Source of the DNA: an uncultured delta proteobacterium
GTDB lineage: Bacteria > Desulfobacterota > Binatia > UBA9968
Length of the DNA stretch: 64,000 bases
NCBI GenBank assembly: GCA_963727625.1
Contig: CAVSHR010000012.1
Location: 288,001 to 352,000 of the forward strand
Reading direction: 5' to 3'
This document shows, in pieces, positions 32,841 through 42,641 of this stretch. Each line of letters begins with the position of its first letter. The first letter of the stretch is position 1. Made by a program: the position numbers and the translations under genes. A model generated the notes under the pieces. That model saw only the letters and a list, made by a program, of their open reading frames with translations. It searched no databases and had not been told where the DNA came from.

Positions 32841-33746
32841 TCAAGCAGTCGCCCGAACTATCAAGACCGGATTGGCCGCGTGGCGCGCAACGGTTTCCGC
32901 CACGCTGCCAAGCACCCACCGTTTTAATCCCGAGCGACCGTGCGAACACATCGCAATCAAAATATTCGGGCTCGTCCGGCCGAACTCGATGATCTCGTCC
33001 GCGCTCATTCCTTGCTTCGATGCAATGACAACTCTTTCCAGCCCCGCGGTCTCGAGAGCAGCGCGCTTTTCTTCGAGATATTGCCGCACCGCCGCTTCGA
33101 TCCCGGCGACCACGCGTTCCAGATCGGCACCGTAGGAGCCGCCGCCATCGTAAATGCCGTAGGGAATATGGAAGACCCGAAGCAGAGTAACTTCGAGGTC
33201 GAGCTTTTTGGCGAGATCGACGACGCTGGGCAGCACCGTTTCCGCGAGCGGCGAGCCGTCCAGGGGCACCACGATCGACTTGAGCGGGCCATGCTCCGGG
33301 CCCGGCGCATTTGCCGACGCCCGCACCAGCAGCAACGGATTGCTCGTGCCGCGGAGAATCTTCTCGGCCACGCTGCCGAGCAGCCAGCGGTTCAGTCCGG
33401 AACGGCCGTGCGTGGCCATGGCGATCAAGGTATCCTCCCCGACCGCCGCAGCCTCAATGATGGCGTTTTCCGCTTTACCCTTTTCGACGCGCCGGTGAAC
33501 CGCCGCCCCCGAAAAGCTCTTGGCGACTTCGGCCAAATATTCCCGGCGGCGGCGCGTCTCATCTTCGGCGAGCGTGTCGAGGAAAATATTCTCCGCAGCC
33601 GAGACATTGTGGGCCAACTCGACCAGGTCGATCACGGAGATCAATTCCACCGCCGCGCTCAAGCCCCCGGCAAGGGTGCGGGCGAGCGGCAGAACATGCT
33701 CGGCGGCTGGCGAACCATCGAGCGGAACTAAAATCTTCCGGTACAT
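32841..33746 (-). CDS. Tandem-domain universal stress protein
   Basis: VPLDGS and HGRSG..LGSV twice. Confidence 0.93.
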   Translation of the reverse strand: MYRKILVPLDGSPAAEHVLPLARTLAGGLSAAVELISVIDLVELAHNVSAAENIFLDTLAEDETRRRREYLAEVAKSFSGAAVHRRVEKGKAENAIIEAAAVGEDTLIAMATHGRSGLNRWLLGSVAEKILRGTSNPLLLVRASANAPGPEHGPLKSIVVPLDGSPLAETVLPSVVDLAKKLDLEVTLLRVFHIPYGIYDGGGSYGADLERVVAGIEAAVRQYLEEKRAALETAGLERVVIASKQGMSADEIIEFGRTSPNILIAMCSHGRSGLKRWVLGSVAETVARHAANPVLIVRATA

Positions 33747-33774
33747 AACCTCTCGTCCTCCGCATCCGGTGCGC

Positions 33775-34680
33775 TCAGCCGGCGCGCACCACCAGCACCG
33801 GATCGACAGTGTGGCGCACCACGGTTTCCGTCACGCTGCCGAGCACCCAGCGCTTTACGCCGGACCGGCCATGAGAGCACATGGCGATCAAGCCGTCCGG
33901 CGTCTTTCGTCCGAGCGCAATGATCTCGTCGCCGGCGAAACCTTCCGCGCTCACCGAAGTCACTTTTTCGACACCGAGCTTTTTGACCTCGGCCACTTTC
34001 TTCGCGAGGTATTCGTTGGCTTCGTCGCGCACGCTGGTGATCAGTTCGTCATAATTCACCGCGTAGTAACCGTCATCGCCGGCATAGGCGTTATAGGGAA
34101 TATGGTAGGAGCGGAACAGCAAGACTTCGAGGCCGAGCTTCTGCGCCATCGCGGCCACGACCGGCAGCACGCTTTCAGCCAGCTCCGAACCGTCCAGCGG
34201 CACGATCACGGATTTGAACGCCGCCTCTCCTTCCGCTTTGGCTTGCTCGGTGGCCCGGACCAGCAACAAGGGATTGGCCGCGCCACGCAGCACTTTTTCC
34301 GCCACGCTGCCCAACAAGAACCGGTTAAGCCCAGAGCGGCCATGGGTTGCCATGGCAATCAACCTGGACTTGTCCGCTTCACCATTTTCGATGATGGTGT
34401 CTTCGGCCCGCCCCTTTTCGACCGTGCACTCAACCTTGGCGCCACGAAACGTGCCGGCAATGGCGCGCAAATAGGTCTCACTGCTGCGCATGCCGTTTTC
34501 AATCATGGTATCGAGGAAACGCGCGTTTTCGGCGGAAATATGGGTCGCCATCTCGGCGATATCGACAACCGCCACCAACTCCACCGGGAGATTGAATTTG
34601 CCTGCCAGGTGGCGAGCGTAGGGCAGGACTTTTTCGGCCGTCTTGGAGCCGTCGAGCGGAATCAAAATTTTGCTATACAT
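33775..34680 (-). CDS. Tandem-domain universal stress protein
   Basis: PLDGS and HGRSG..LGSV twice. Confidence 0.93.
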   Translation of the reverse strand: MYSKILIPLDGSKTAEKVLPYARHLAGKFNLPVELVAVVDIAEMATHISAENARFLDTMIENGMRSSETYLRAIAGTFRGAKVECTVEKGRAEDTIIENGEADKSRLIAMATHGRSGLNRFLLGSVAEKVLRGAANPLLLVRATEQAKAEGEAAFKSVIVPLDGSELAESVLPVVAAMAQKLGLEVLLFRSYHIPYNAYAGDDGYYAVNYDELITSVRDEANEYLAKKVAEVKKLGVEKVTSVSAEGFAGDEIIALGRKTPDGLIAMCSHGRSGVKRWVLGSVTETVVRHTVDPVLVVRAG

Positions 34681-34743
34681 TGTTTTCTCCTGGTCTCCTG
34701 TGCGACCCCCTTGCTTGCCCTACGTCTTACCCGGTCGCTGTTC

Positions 34744-35241
34744 CTAATCGACCTTTACCTTGATTTCCTTGGCCTTAGCCTCTTCAGTCTTCGGCACCCG
34801 AACTTCCAGCACGCCATTCTTGAACGACGCTTTAACCTTGTCGCCGTGGACGTCTCTCGGCAGTTCGATCGCTCTCATGAACGATCCGTAGGAACGCTCT
34901 GAACGGTAATAATTTTTCTCCTTAACCTCTTCCTCTTTTTTCTTTTCACCTTTGATGGTCAGCGTGTGGTCGGTCAGGTTGACTTCGATATTCTCTTTCT
35001 CCATCCCCGGCAGTTCCGCCTTGACGACGATATCATCTTTCTCTTCGAATAGATCGACCGCCGGTACCCCTGCCTCCGTCTCGTCGGCTCTAAACCACCT
35101 GTCTGGCCACCACGGTCGCATTCTTCGGCCGAAGAAATCTTCCATCATTCGGTCCATGTCCCGTTCCCAGCGGCCGAGATCCATAACGGGCCGTCGCGGC
35201 TCAATCGCCTTTGTTTCCTTTTCTTTAGCTTTGTCTGCCAT
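34744..35241 (-). CDS. Hsp20/alpha-crystallin small heat shock protein
   Basis: AELPGM, ERSYGSF.R, ASFKNGVLEV. Confidence 0.95.
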   Translation of the reverse strand: MADKAKEKETKAIEPRRPVMDLGRWERDMDRMMEDFFGRRMRPWWPDRWFRADETEAGVPAVDLFEEKDDIVVKAELPGMEKENIEVNLTDHTLTIKGEKKKEEEVKEKNYYRSERSYGSFMRAIELPRDVHGDKVKASFKNGVLEVRVPKTEEAKAKEIKVKVD

Positions 35242-35294
35242 GGCTAATTCCTCCTTCGTAATGAATAGTTTTCAATCCCCCACCGAATGACTCC

Positions 35295-35310
35295 GCAATC
35301 AGTGTGCCAA
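35295..35310 (-). promoter_or_regulatory. Sigma-54 -24/-12 promoter for hsp20-usp operon
   Basis: TTGGCAC-ACTGA-TTGC on minus strand. Confidence 0.78.
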
Positions 35311-35465
35311 TATTTTGTGTCGTTTTTTCTTTTTTCACACTGATCCGTTTCGCATTCTTGAAAAAATTTTCCCTCTGTTCTGTCAAATTTGCGATCTAAG
35401 ATTTTCGAGTTTCAGAACTTCAAACAAAAGCGCTGCTGTCAACGGCGTCGAATGACCGCGTCGGC

Positions 35466-35480
35466 TGGCACCTATCTTGC
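35466..35480 (+). promoter_or_regulatory. Sigma-54 -24/-12 promoter for the POR operon
   Basis: TGGCAC-CTATC-TTGC about 30 bp before ATG 35512. Confidence 0.78.
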
Positions 35481-35511
35481 GCTTTCTATTAACCAGAGCA
35501 TGGAGATTGCC

Positions 35512-36408
35512 ATGATTGAAGTTCGCTTTCACGGCCGCGGTGGCCAGGGCGCAAAGCTCGCGAGCCGGATATTCGGGTGCGCCGGGTTTTTGTCCGGACT
35601 TCAAGCTCAAGACTTCGCCTTGTTCGGCGCCGAGCGCAGGGGCGCGCCGGTGGTTTCTTTCACCCGCTTGAGCGACGAAGCGATCGATCAGCGCGGCTAC
35701 GTGGAACATCCGGATCTGGTCGTCGTCATGGACGATTCGCTGCTGAAGGAAGCGCCTGGACAAGTCTTTCATGGCGTTGACGATAAAACACCGCTCTTCG
35801 TGAACGCCGATCCTGATCGCTTCGCAATTGATCTGAAGGATTTGCCTGCGGCAAAGTTCCTGTTCGTCGACCTGTCGGCGATTGCACGGAAACTGATCGG
35901 CGCTCCTGTGGTAAGCGCCGCCGCGGCCGCCATCGCCGCCAAATGCGTTCCGTCCATCAGTCTGTCGGCGCTCGAAAATGCCGTTAAAATCGAACTCGGC
36001 GAATTTAGGCTGGCGCCGAACTTGGTCGAAAGGAACCTGGCCGCGGCCGGGGCAGCGTACCAACGGACGCCGGCCGTCGATCTCGTTCCGGTAGTCAAAG
36101 CCGAGAGAGTTTCCGCGCCGTCATGGCAGGCCGTTCCCTATCTCGGCACTTCTCAGTTTGCCGGTCCGACGATCCGCCACCAGGGCAGCGCGGCCTTGCG
36201 CCAAACCGGCAACTGGCGCATCGAACAGCCGGTCATCGAGCTGGATAAATGCAAGCGCTGCTTTCTTTGCTACCTCTACTGTCCGGAAGCGGCGATGCGC
36301 TTGGACGCGGAGAATTTTCCCCATGTCGACTACGATCACTGCAAGGGCTGCATGATTTGCTACGAAGAGTGCCCGACCGATGCGATCAGCCGGAGGTTGG
36401 AGGTATAA
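35512..36408 (+). CDS. 2-oxoacid:ferredoxin oxidoreductase gamma-delta fusion
   Basis: HGRGGQG, FGAERRGAPV; two CxxCxxCxxxCP motifs. Confidence 0.92.
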   Translation: MIEVRFHGRGGQGAKLASRIFGCAGFLSGLQAQDFALFGAERRGAPVVSFTRLSDEAIDQRGYVEHPDLVVVMDDSLLKEAPGQVFHGVDDKTPLFVNADPDRFAIDLKDLPAAKFLFVDLSAIARKLIGAPVVSAAAAAIAAKCVPSISLSALENAVKIELGEFRLAPNLVERNLAAAGAAYQRTPAVDLVPVVKAERVSAPSWQAVPYLGTSQFAGPTIRHQGSAALRQTGNWRIEQPVIELDKCKRCFLCYLYCPEAAMRLDAENFPHVDYDHCKGCMICYEECPTDAISRRLEV

Positions 36409-36480
36409 GGTGTGCCGGGAAAAGTATTGCGACGGTGCCAAAAATCGCGGGGGCGCAATTCATTGCGCCCGAGGTGTGAC

Positions 36481-37725
36481 ATGACCCGCACGATGCTCAC
36501 CGGCAACGTGGCGGCAGCCTGGGGCGCCCGGCTTGCCGAAGTCGATTACATTCCGGCGTTCCCAATCACGCCGCAGACCGAGATCATCGAAATGCTGGCG
36601 CGCTGGTGCCGGAACGGCGAGATGGCGGCAAAATGGGTGATGATGGATTCGGAACACTCCATGCTTGCGGCGGCGGCCGGCGCAGCCGCCGCCGGCGTTC
36701 GGGTCTTCACCGCCACTTCGAGCCAGGGTTTCCTCTACGGTTTCGAAATGCTCTACGCGATCGCCGGGCTGCGACTGCCGCTGGTTTTGGTCAACGTATC
36801 GCGCGCGCTCGCCCATCCAATCACTCTCGAACCCGATCACAATGACGTGCTTTCAGGGCGCGATACCGGATTCCTCCAGTTTCACTGCGAGACCAGCCAG
36901 GAAGTGCTTGATTCTATCTTGATGGCCTACCGTTTGGCCGAACATCAAAAGGTTCTTCTACCGGTGATCGTCAACCTCGACGGTTTTTACTTGTCCTTTA
37001 CACGCGAGCCGGTCGAAATTCCGGAATTGGAAAAAGTGAAAGACTTTCTGCCCGTTTTTACTCCTGCGTCTCCGGTCCTTTCCGATAAAGAACCGGTCGC
37101 CCTGGGGGCTGCGGTGCTAGACTCGAGTTTGTACAGCTACTTCAAACATCAGATGCACCACGCCGCTGAAGCCGCCTTGGAAATCTATCCGCGGATCGCC
37201 GCCGACTTCGCCGAAAGATTTGGCCGGCGCTACAGCGCCATCGAAGAGTTCATGCTCGACGATGCCGAGTACGTCATCGTCATGACCAACTCGTTCGCCT
37301 CCATGGGCAAAGCAGAAGTCAAGCGACTGCGCCAACAGGGAAAGAAAATCGGCCTGGCGCGCTTGCGCATGATTCGGCCGTTCCCGCACGCGGCGCTGCA
37401 GCGCGTGCTCCATGGCCGCAGAGGCGTCGCGGTCATCGATCAGAATATTTCCGTCGGCAAAGGCGGTATTTTATTCAGCGAGATCGCCAGCGCGCTCTAT
37501 GCGCTCGCCGACCGGCCGCCCATCTTGCTTTCGTTTATCGGCGGGCTCGGCGGACGACGGTTTCGCGCCGGCGAATTCGATACCATGCTTCGGAAATTGG
37601 AAAATCCGACGGAAACCGCCGCCCAGATGGCGCGGCCACACCTGCTTTTCACCGGTGAAGAATGCCGCGAGGTCGGCCGGTTCTTCTCGATCGCCGGGAA
37701 AGGAGAAGCCAGCCATGAAACGTGA
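36481..37725 (+). CDS. porA: 2-oxoacid:ferredoxin oxidoreductase alpha subunit
   Basis: AFPITPQTEI, SEHS, TATSSQG. Confidence 0.9.
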   Translation: MTRTMLTGNVAAAWGARLAEVDYIPAFPITPQTEIIEMLARWCRNGEMAAKWVMMDSEHSMLAAAAGAAAAGVRVFTATSSQGFLYGFEMLYAIAGLRLPLVLVNVSRALAHPITLEPDHNDVLSGRDTGFLQFHCETSQEVLDSILMAYRLAEHQKVLLPVIVNLDGFYLSFTREPVEIPELEKVKDFLPVFTPASPVLSDKEPVALGAAVLDSSLYSYFKHQMHHAAEAALEIYPRIAADFAERFGRRYSAIEEFMLDDAEYVIVMTNSFASMGKAEVKRLRQQGKKIGLARLRMIRPFPHAALQRVLHGRRGVAVIDQNISVGKGGILFSEIASALYALADRPPILLSFIGGLGGRRFRAGEFDTMLRKLENPTETAAQMARPHLLFTGEECREVGRFFSIAGKGEASHET

Positions 37726-38731
37726 ACTCTACAAGAGCCTGCGCACGATCTCGCGCCAAGACCCGCTCGGACCGGGCGGCCCGCTGTGCGCCGGTTGCGG
37801 CGGCCAGTTGAGCCTGCGGCTGTTTCACAAGGCGCTGGGTGAAAACGTGATTTTCGTCAACGCGGCGGGCTGCTCGACGCTGCTAGCCACCTATCCTTTC
37901 ACGCCGCTCAACTCGTCGTGGATCTATACCGCGATGGGTTGCGCTCCGGCGGGCGCCCAGGGGGTCCGCGATGCGCTCGACATTCTCAAAGCCAAAGGCA
38001 AGCTGCCGCCGGAGCAAGATCGCAAAGTCGTCGTCCTCACCGGCGACGGCGCAGCCCAGGACATCGGCTTGCAGTCGACCATGGCGGCGATCTATCGCGG
38101 CTTGGATTTCTATTATCTCTGCTACGACAACGAAGCCTACGGCAACACCGGATTTCAAACTTCGGCGAGCACTCCGTACGGCTCGTGCACCTCGACCGAA
38201 CCGGTGACGCCCACCTCGCCGCACGGCAGTTTGCATGAGCGGCGCGATCTGTTTGAAATCTGGCGGGTACAGAGACCGCCCTACCTGGCGACGATCTCGG
38301 CGGCCGATCCGCTCGATCTTTCCGAAAAAGTTTATCGCGCTTCGAAGCATCCCGGGCCCAAGCTGTTCTTAGCTCTGGCGCCCTGCCCGCCCGGCTGGGA
38401 TTTCGACCCGGAATGGTCCGTCGCGGCCGCGCGTCTGGCGGTGAACACCGGCATCTGGCCGCTCAAAGAGGCGGTCCATGGCGAGGTCGCACACACGCGG
38501 GTCCCGCGCAAGTTCGAACCGGTGGAAAATTACTTAAAGCGCCAGGGCCGCTTCCGCCACCTCTTCGAACCGAAGCGCGACGAAGCAGCCATCGCGCATA
38601 TTCAAGCGACCGTAAATAGTTACTGGCAGGCTGCCCAGCGCGACGTTAAAGGGACGCACCACGAAGCTCACCCCCGCCTCTTTCCTCCCCCGCACGCGGG
38701 GGAGGATGAAGGAGGGAGCCCTTCGCGGTGA
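37715..38731 (+). CDS. porB: 2-oxoacid:ferredoxin oxidoreductase beta subunit
   Basis: CAGCG, GDGA..DIG, YDNEAYGNTG, PCPPGW. Confidence 0.9.
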   Translation: MKRELYKSLRTISRQDPLGPGGPLCAGCGGQLSLRLFHKALGENVIFVNAAGCSTLLATYPFTPLNSSWIYTAMGCAPAGAQGVRDALDILKAKGKLPPEQDRKVVVLTGDGAAQDIGLQSTMAAIYRGLDFYYLCYDNEAYGNTGFQTSASTPYGSCTSTEPVTPTSPHGSLHERRDLFEIWRVQRPPYLATISAADPLDLSEKVYRASKHPGPKLFLALAPCPPGWDFDPEWSVAAARLAVNTGIWPLKEAVHGEVAHTRVPRKFEPVENYLKRQGRFRHLFEPKRDEAAIAHIQATVNSYWQAAQRDVKGTHHEAHPRLFPPPHAGEDEGGSPSR

Positions 38732-38793
38732 AAGTTTATTCTTTGTTGAGGTTCATGGGCGACAATGTTCGGTTGAATGCAAACGACTAGGAG

Positions 38794-39900
38794 ATGACGA
38801 TGGAAAACGTTTTTGACTTCGCCGACGAATTAGGCCCGAGCAAAATCGTCCACGTCTACGATCCGAAATACGGTTTGAAAGCCGTGGTCGCCGTCGACAA
38901 CGTGGCGCGCGGCCCGTCCATCGGCGGGGTCCGCATGGCGCCCGACGTGAGCGCCGAGGAAGCCTTTCGCTTGGCGCGCGCCATGACGATGAAAAACTCC
39001 GCTGCTAATTTGCCCCACGGCGGCGGCAAATCGGTGATCTTCGGCAACCCGAAAATCGATTTGGCGAGCAAGGAGCCGTTGATCCGTGCCTTCGCCCGCG
39101 CCATCCGCGACCTGGTGGAATATATTCCAGGCCCGGACATGGGCACCGACGAGCGCTGCATGGCATGGATCCAAGACGAGATCGGACGCGCTGTCGGCCT
39201 GCCGCCGGAGATCGGCGGCATCCCGCTCGACGAAATCGGCGCCACCGGCTTGGGCCTGAGAGCCAGCGTCGAAGCGGCGCTTAAATATTGCAGCTTCGAT
39301 CTCAAAGGCGCGCGCGTGGTGGTTCAGGGCTTCGGCTCGGTGGGAAAACACGCCGCCCGCTTTCTCGGCGAGCAAGGCACGGTCCTGGTCGCCGCCTGCG
39401 ACTCGCACGGAACGATTTACAATTCCAGAGGCATCGACCTCGTGCGGTTAATCGCGCTTAAAGACGCCGGCAAGAACGTAAGGGACTATCCGGAGGGAGA
39501 GAAACTCAGCGTCGACGCGGTCATCGATATCGACTGCGAGATCTGGATCCCCGCCGCCCGCCCGGATGTGATCCGCAAGGAAAATGTCGATCGATTGAAA
39601 ACCAAGCTGGTTCCTCAAGGCGCGAACATCCCCTTCACCCCGGAAGCCGAACGCATCCTGCACGAAAAAGGCATCCTCGTGCTGCCGGATTTCATCGCCA
39701 ACGCCGGCGGCGTGATCTGCGCCTCGGTGGAATACCATGGCGGCACCCAAGCTCAAGCCTTGCAAACCATCGAAGAAAAGATCCGCGCGAATACCGAAGA
39801 GGTGCTCGCCAACGCAAAAAAGAGCGGTTCGCTACCGCGTCAGGCTGCGGTGAAATTGGCGGAAACGAGGGTGAAAAAAGCAATGGCGTACCGACGTTAG
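38794..39900 (+). CDS. Glu/Leu/Phe/Val dehydrogenase family protein
   Basis: GGVRM, GGGKS, GPDMGT, QGFGSVG, PDFIANAGGV. Confidence 0.93.
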   Translation: MTMENVFDFADELGPSKIVHVYDPKYGLKAVVAVDNVARGPSIGGVRMAPDVSAEEAFRLARAMTMKNSAANLPHGGGKSVIFGNPKIDLASKEPLIRAFARAIRDLVEYIPGPDMGTDERCMAWIQDEIGRAVGLPPEIGGIPLDEIGATGLGLRASVEAALKYCSFDLKGARVVVQGFGSVGKHAARFLGEQGTVLVAACDSHGTIYNSRGIDLVRLIALKDAGKNVRDYPEGEKLSVDAVIDIDCEIWIPAARPDVIRKENVDRLKTKLVPQGANIPFTPEAERILHEKGILVLPDFIANAGGVICASVEYHGGTQAQALQTIEEKIRANTEEVLANAKKSGSLPRQAAVKLAETRVKKAMAYRR

Positions 39901-40057
39901 TCGTACCTATGCATTGCTGTTCAATGGATTGGCTCCGACACCCCACGCTAACCATTCGATGGCGGACATCCCTCGCTGATTCCGGGCCTGCAACCTGAAA
40001 AGCACGTGCCGCGCGCGCCAACTCAAACAATCCTTCCGGCACGATTTCATGGCTTCC

Positions 40058-41008
40058 TCATTTATTTTTCACCTGGCCAATTTTTTTAATGCCCGATAGT
40101 AAGCGATCCGGTGATCCCCAGTCGCTCCAAGTCACATCGCGCACGGGCAGAACCAAAAGCGCTTGCCGATATTCGAAAGGAAGAAATTCGAGAACCGATG
40201 TGGAAAAATTGATCGGACTTAACTCATGATAAACCGCCTCGAGCGCGCGCTGTTCGTCAGGCGTGCCGATAGCCTTCAGGAAAGGTTCAAAAGAGCGGTA
40301 AATTTTCGGCGTGGCACTCCGAAATACATTTATCAGGGTCGTAGCCTTGAAGACCATCACCAATGTGTTCCACAAGGCCCCTATGTTAATGATTTTCTTT
40401 GCCGCCTCTACCGCGGGTTTTTCCACAAACAACTCGACCTCTCTAGCAGAAGCGCCGTCGAGCCATTTGATTTCCTCTCCTGGAACAATGTAACCATATT
40501 CCGGTTCGGGCGCGTGGGGCTCTACTCCTAAAAGTACAATCCGCGAGCTGTCCTGCTCCACGACTCGAAATGCTCGGTCCACATGCCTAATAAAAAGGTC
40601 CTCTTCCAGGATGAAATGATCCGACGGAAAAACTGCCACAATCGCATCCGGATGGCGTCGGAGAAGATAGATCAAGGGGAGAAGAAGTCCGGGCACAGTA
40701 TCTTTGTTCTCGGGTTGAATCACCACGGTTTCCGGAGGTCTGGATCGGATTTGGCGGCCAACTTCACTAAATTGTAAATGTTCCTTGGCGATGACGACGT
40801 AAAGCCGCTTGGGTGGAATTAGCTTTTCTGCGCGGTGAAAAGTATGCTCCAGCATGGACCGTTTGCCAACGAAGTTGACGTATTGTTTGGGGAAGTCATG
40901 GCCCCGAAAGCGATACACAAAATCCCGCATTCGCGTACCGTTACCGGCCGATAAGACAATCCCGCAGCGAATTCCAGAAGGAGCTGGATCGTCCAATGTC
41001 GGACTCAT
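40058..41008 (-). CDS. Mannose-1-phosphate guanylyltransferase-like sugar-phosphate nucleotidyltransferase
   Basis: IVLSAGNGTR, PKQY, FPSDHFI, EYGYI, FVEKP, WSDWG; start uncertain. Confidence 0.85.
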   Translation of the reverse strand: MSPTLDDPAPSGIRCGIVLSAGNGTRMRDFVYRFRGHDFPKQYVNFVGKRSMLEHTFHRAEKLIPPKRLYVVIAKEHLQFSEVGRQIRSRPPETVVIQPENKDTVPGLLLPLIYLLRRHPDAIVAVFPSDHFILEEDLFIRHVDRAFRVVEQDSSRIVLLGVEPHAPEPEYGYIVPGEEIKWLDGASAREVELFVEKPAVEAAKKIINIGALWNTLVMVFKATTLINVFRSATPKIYRSFEPFLKAIGTPDEQRALEAVYHELSPINFSTSVLEFLPFEYRQALLVLPVRDVTWSDWGSPDRLLSGIKKIGQVKNK

Positions 41009-41232
41009 GATGACCGCCTCTAATTTGACTCTTTTGCTAGCGTGCCAAAGCTTGGGCCGATATTTCTCTAAATTCGCCGTGCTTCTTCCCCAGCCTCGGC
41101 ATAACTTCATTAATCCAATTCGGATGCGCCTATCCGTTACCTGGGTTACGGACGCGTTCTTTTTTATTGACTATGAAAGTTATTTTAAAGGCGGCGAAAT
41201 TCTGCATCGTGCGTTTCACAAGGGGGGGAACA

Positions 41233-41943
41233 ATGAAAAAGTCTGTCATCCAGACTTCAGAGCTTCGTAAAATGGGGACTTTCGAGGGGTTCTCTGAAAA
41301 GTGCCTCGATCGCTTAGCCAGCAATATGGAAGAACTGCGTGTGAGTCGGGGCGAAGCGATCTATCGTCCGGGACAACCGGCTAAGTACCTCTATTGTGTG
41401 CTGGAAGGCGTCATTGGTCTCTCACTACTCGGCAGTGAGGATCGCTTTGTGCGCCTGATGTTATCCGGGAGAGGAGACTTTTTTGGAATCGACGCGCTTA
41501 TGCGCAGATGGCGACGGGTGAGCGTGGCCACAGCCATGCAAGATTCACGTGTGGCAAGGATCAAGCCCCGCATTTTTGTCACCGAGGTTTGTGGCGTGCC
41601 TTGGGAGCCTTTTGACGGGTTAATTCACACGCTAATAACACCGGTTTTAAAGGTGTCCTTACAGCGGGCAGTGTTTTTAGTGGAAAATCTACCTGACAGG
41701 TTAGCCCTAGCCCTCTGGGAGTATTCACACGGTTTCGATATTAGACGATCGAAAGAGCTTTTGCCGACTGCCCTCACTCACGACGAACTTGCTGCAATGG
41801 TAGGCGCCTCCAGGCCGCGGGTGTCACTTGCGTTGAAGCAACTACAACGTCAAGGTCTCCTCATCGGAAGTCGGAAGCAAATTCGAATTCAAGAGAAACC
41901 TCTACGTGCTTACCTCGAGGACCGATATGGGTTCGCCTTTTAG
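41233..41943 (+). CDS. Crp/Fnr family transcriptional regulator
   Basis: cNMP-binding-like N-terminus; LTHDELAAMVGASRPRVS HTH. Confidence 0.88.
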   Translation: MKKSVIQTSELRKMGTFEGFSEKCLDRLASNMEELRVSRGEAIYRPGQPAKYLYCVLEGVIGLSLLGSEDRFVRLMLSGRGDFFGIDALMRRWRRVSVATAMQDSRVARIKPRIFVTEVCGVPWEPFDGLIHTLITPVLKVSLQRAVFLVENLPDRLALALWEYSHGFDIRRSKELLPTALTHDELAAMVGASRPRVSLALKQLQRQGLLIGSRKQIRIQEKPLRAYLEDRYGFAF

Positions 41944-42061
41944 GCAAAGTTAGGAATTTCGCGCGTGCGCGGAAATCCGAGATTGGGTTTCGCGCCGCTC
42001 GTCCCAAGAGGATAGGCTCGGAGAAAGTACCTCGTTCAAAGACCAAGCTCGTGCCTCAATG

Positions 42062-42266
42062 CGCCAACGCCGGCGGCGTGATCTGCGCCTCGGTGGAATA
42101 CCATGGCGGCACCCAAGCTCAAGCCTTGCAAACCATCGAAGAAAAGATCCGCGCGAATACCGAAGAGGTGCTCGCCAACGCAAATAAGAGCGGTTCGCTA
42201 CCGCGCCAAGCCGCGGTCGAGTTGGCGGAAACGCGCGTAAGAAAAGCGCTGGCGTACCGAAAGTGA
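42062..42266 (+). pseudogene. Orphan duplicate of the dehydrogenase 3' end
   Basis: Matches 39696-39894 (ANAGGVICASVEYHGG...AYR). Confidence 0.93.
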
Positions 42267-42341
42267 TGCTCCGATCCAATGTTTTGAACGACTGGAACGG
42301 TTGAAACGGCTAGAACTCAATCTTCGGACATGATGCCGATC

Positions 42342-42593
42342 TCAAGAGCCGCCGGTCTTGGCGGTCAAGTAAGCCACACAGCCGTTGAGCGTGGAGAGCT
42401 TGGCAACATCGGCGTCGGGAATCTCGATATTGAATTCCTTGTGCAGGCCGATGACGAAATTGAGAAAGTCGACGGAATCGATATCGATCTGATCGCGCAG
42501 ATCTTTTGCCGGATCGATCGCATCCAATTCAACCTCCGGCGCCACATGGCTCAGCGCGTCGCGAACCGCCTGTTTGATTTCAACTTCAGTCAT
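42342..42593 (-). CDS. Acyl carrier protein
   Basis: DIDSVD phosphopantetheine-site motif; 83 aa, acidic. Confidence 0.88.
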   Translation of the reverse strand: MTEVEIKQAVRDALSHVAPEVELDAIDPAKDLRDQIDIDSVDFLNFVIGLHKEFNIEIPDADVAKLSTLNGCVAYLTAKTGGS

Positions 42594-42641
42594 TCGCCTT
42601 GCTCCAAGGCTATTCTCGGCATCCGTTAATTTTCAATTCGT

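Noticed and set aside
33520-34902. Long antisense ORFs across usp, atp, pdh and acs genes
   Set aside because: Shadow ORFs typical of GC-rich coding DNA.
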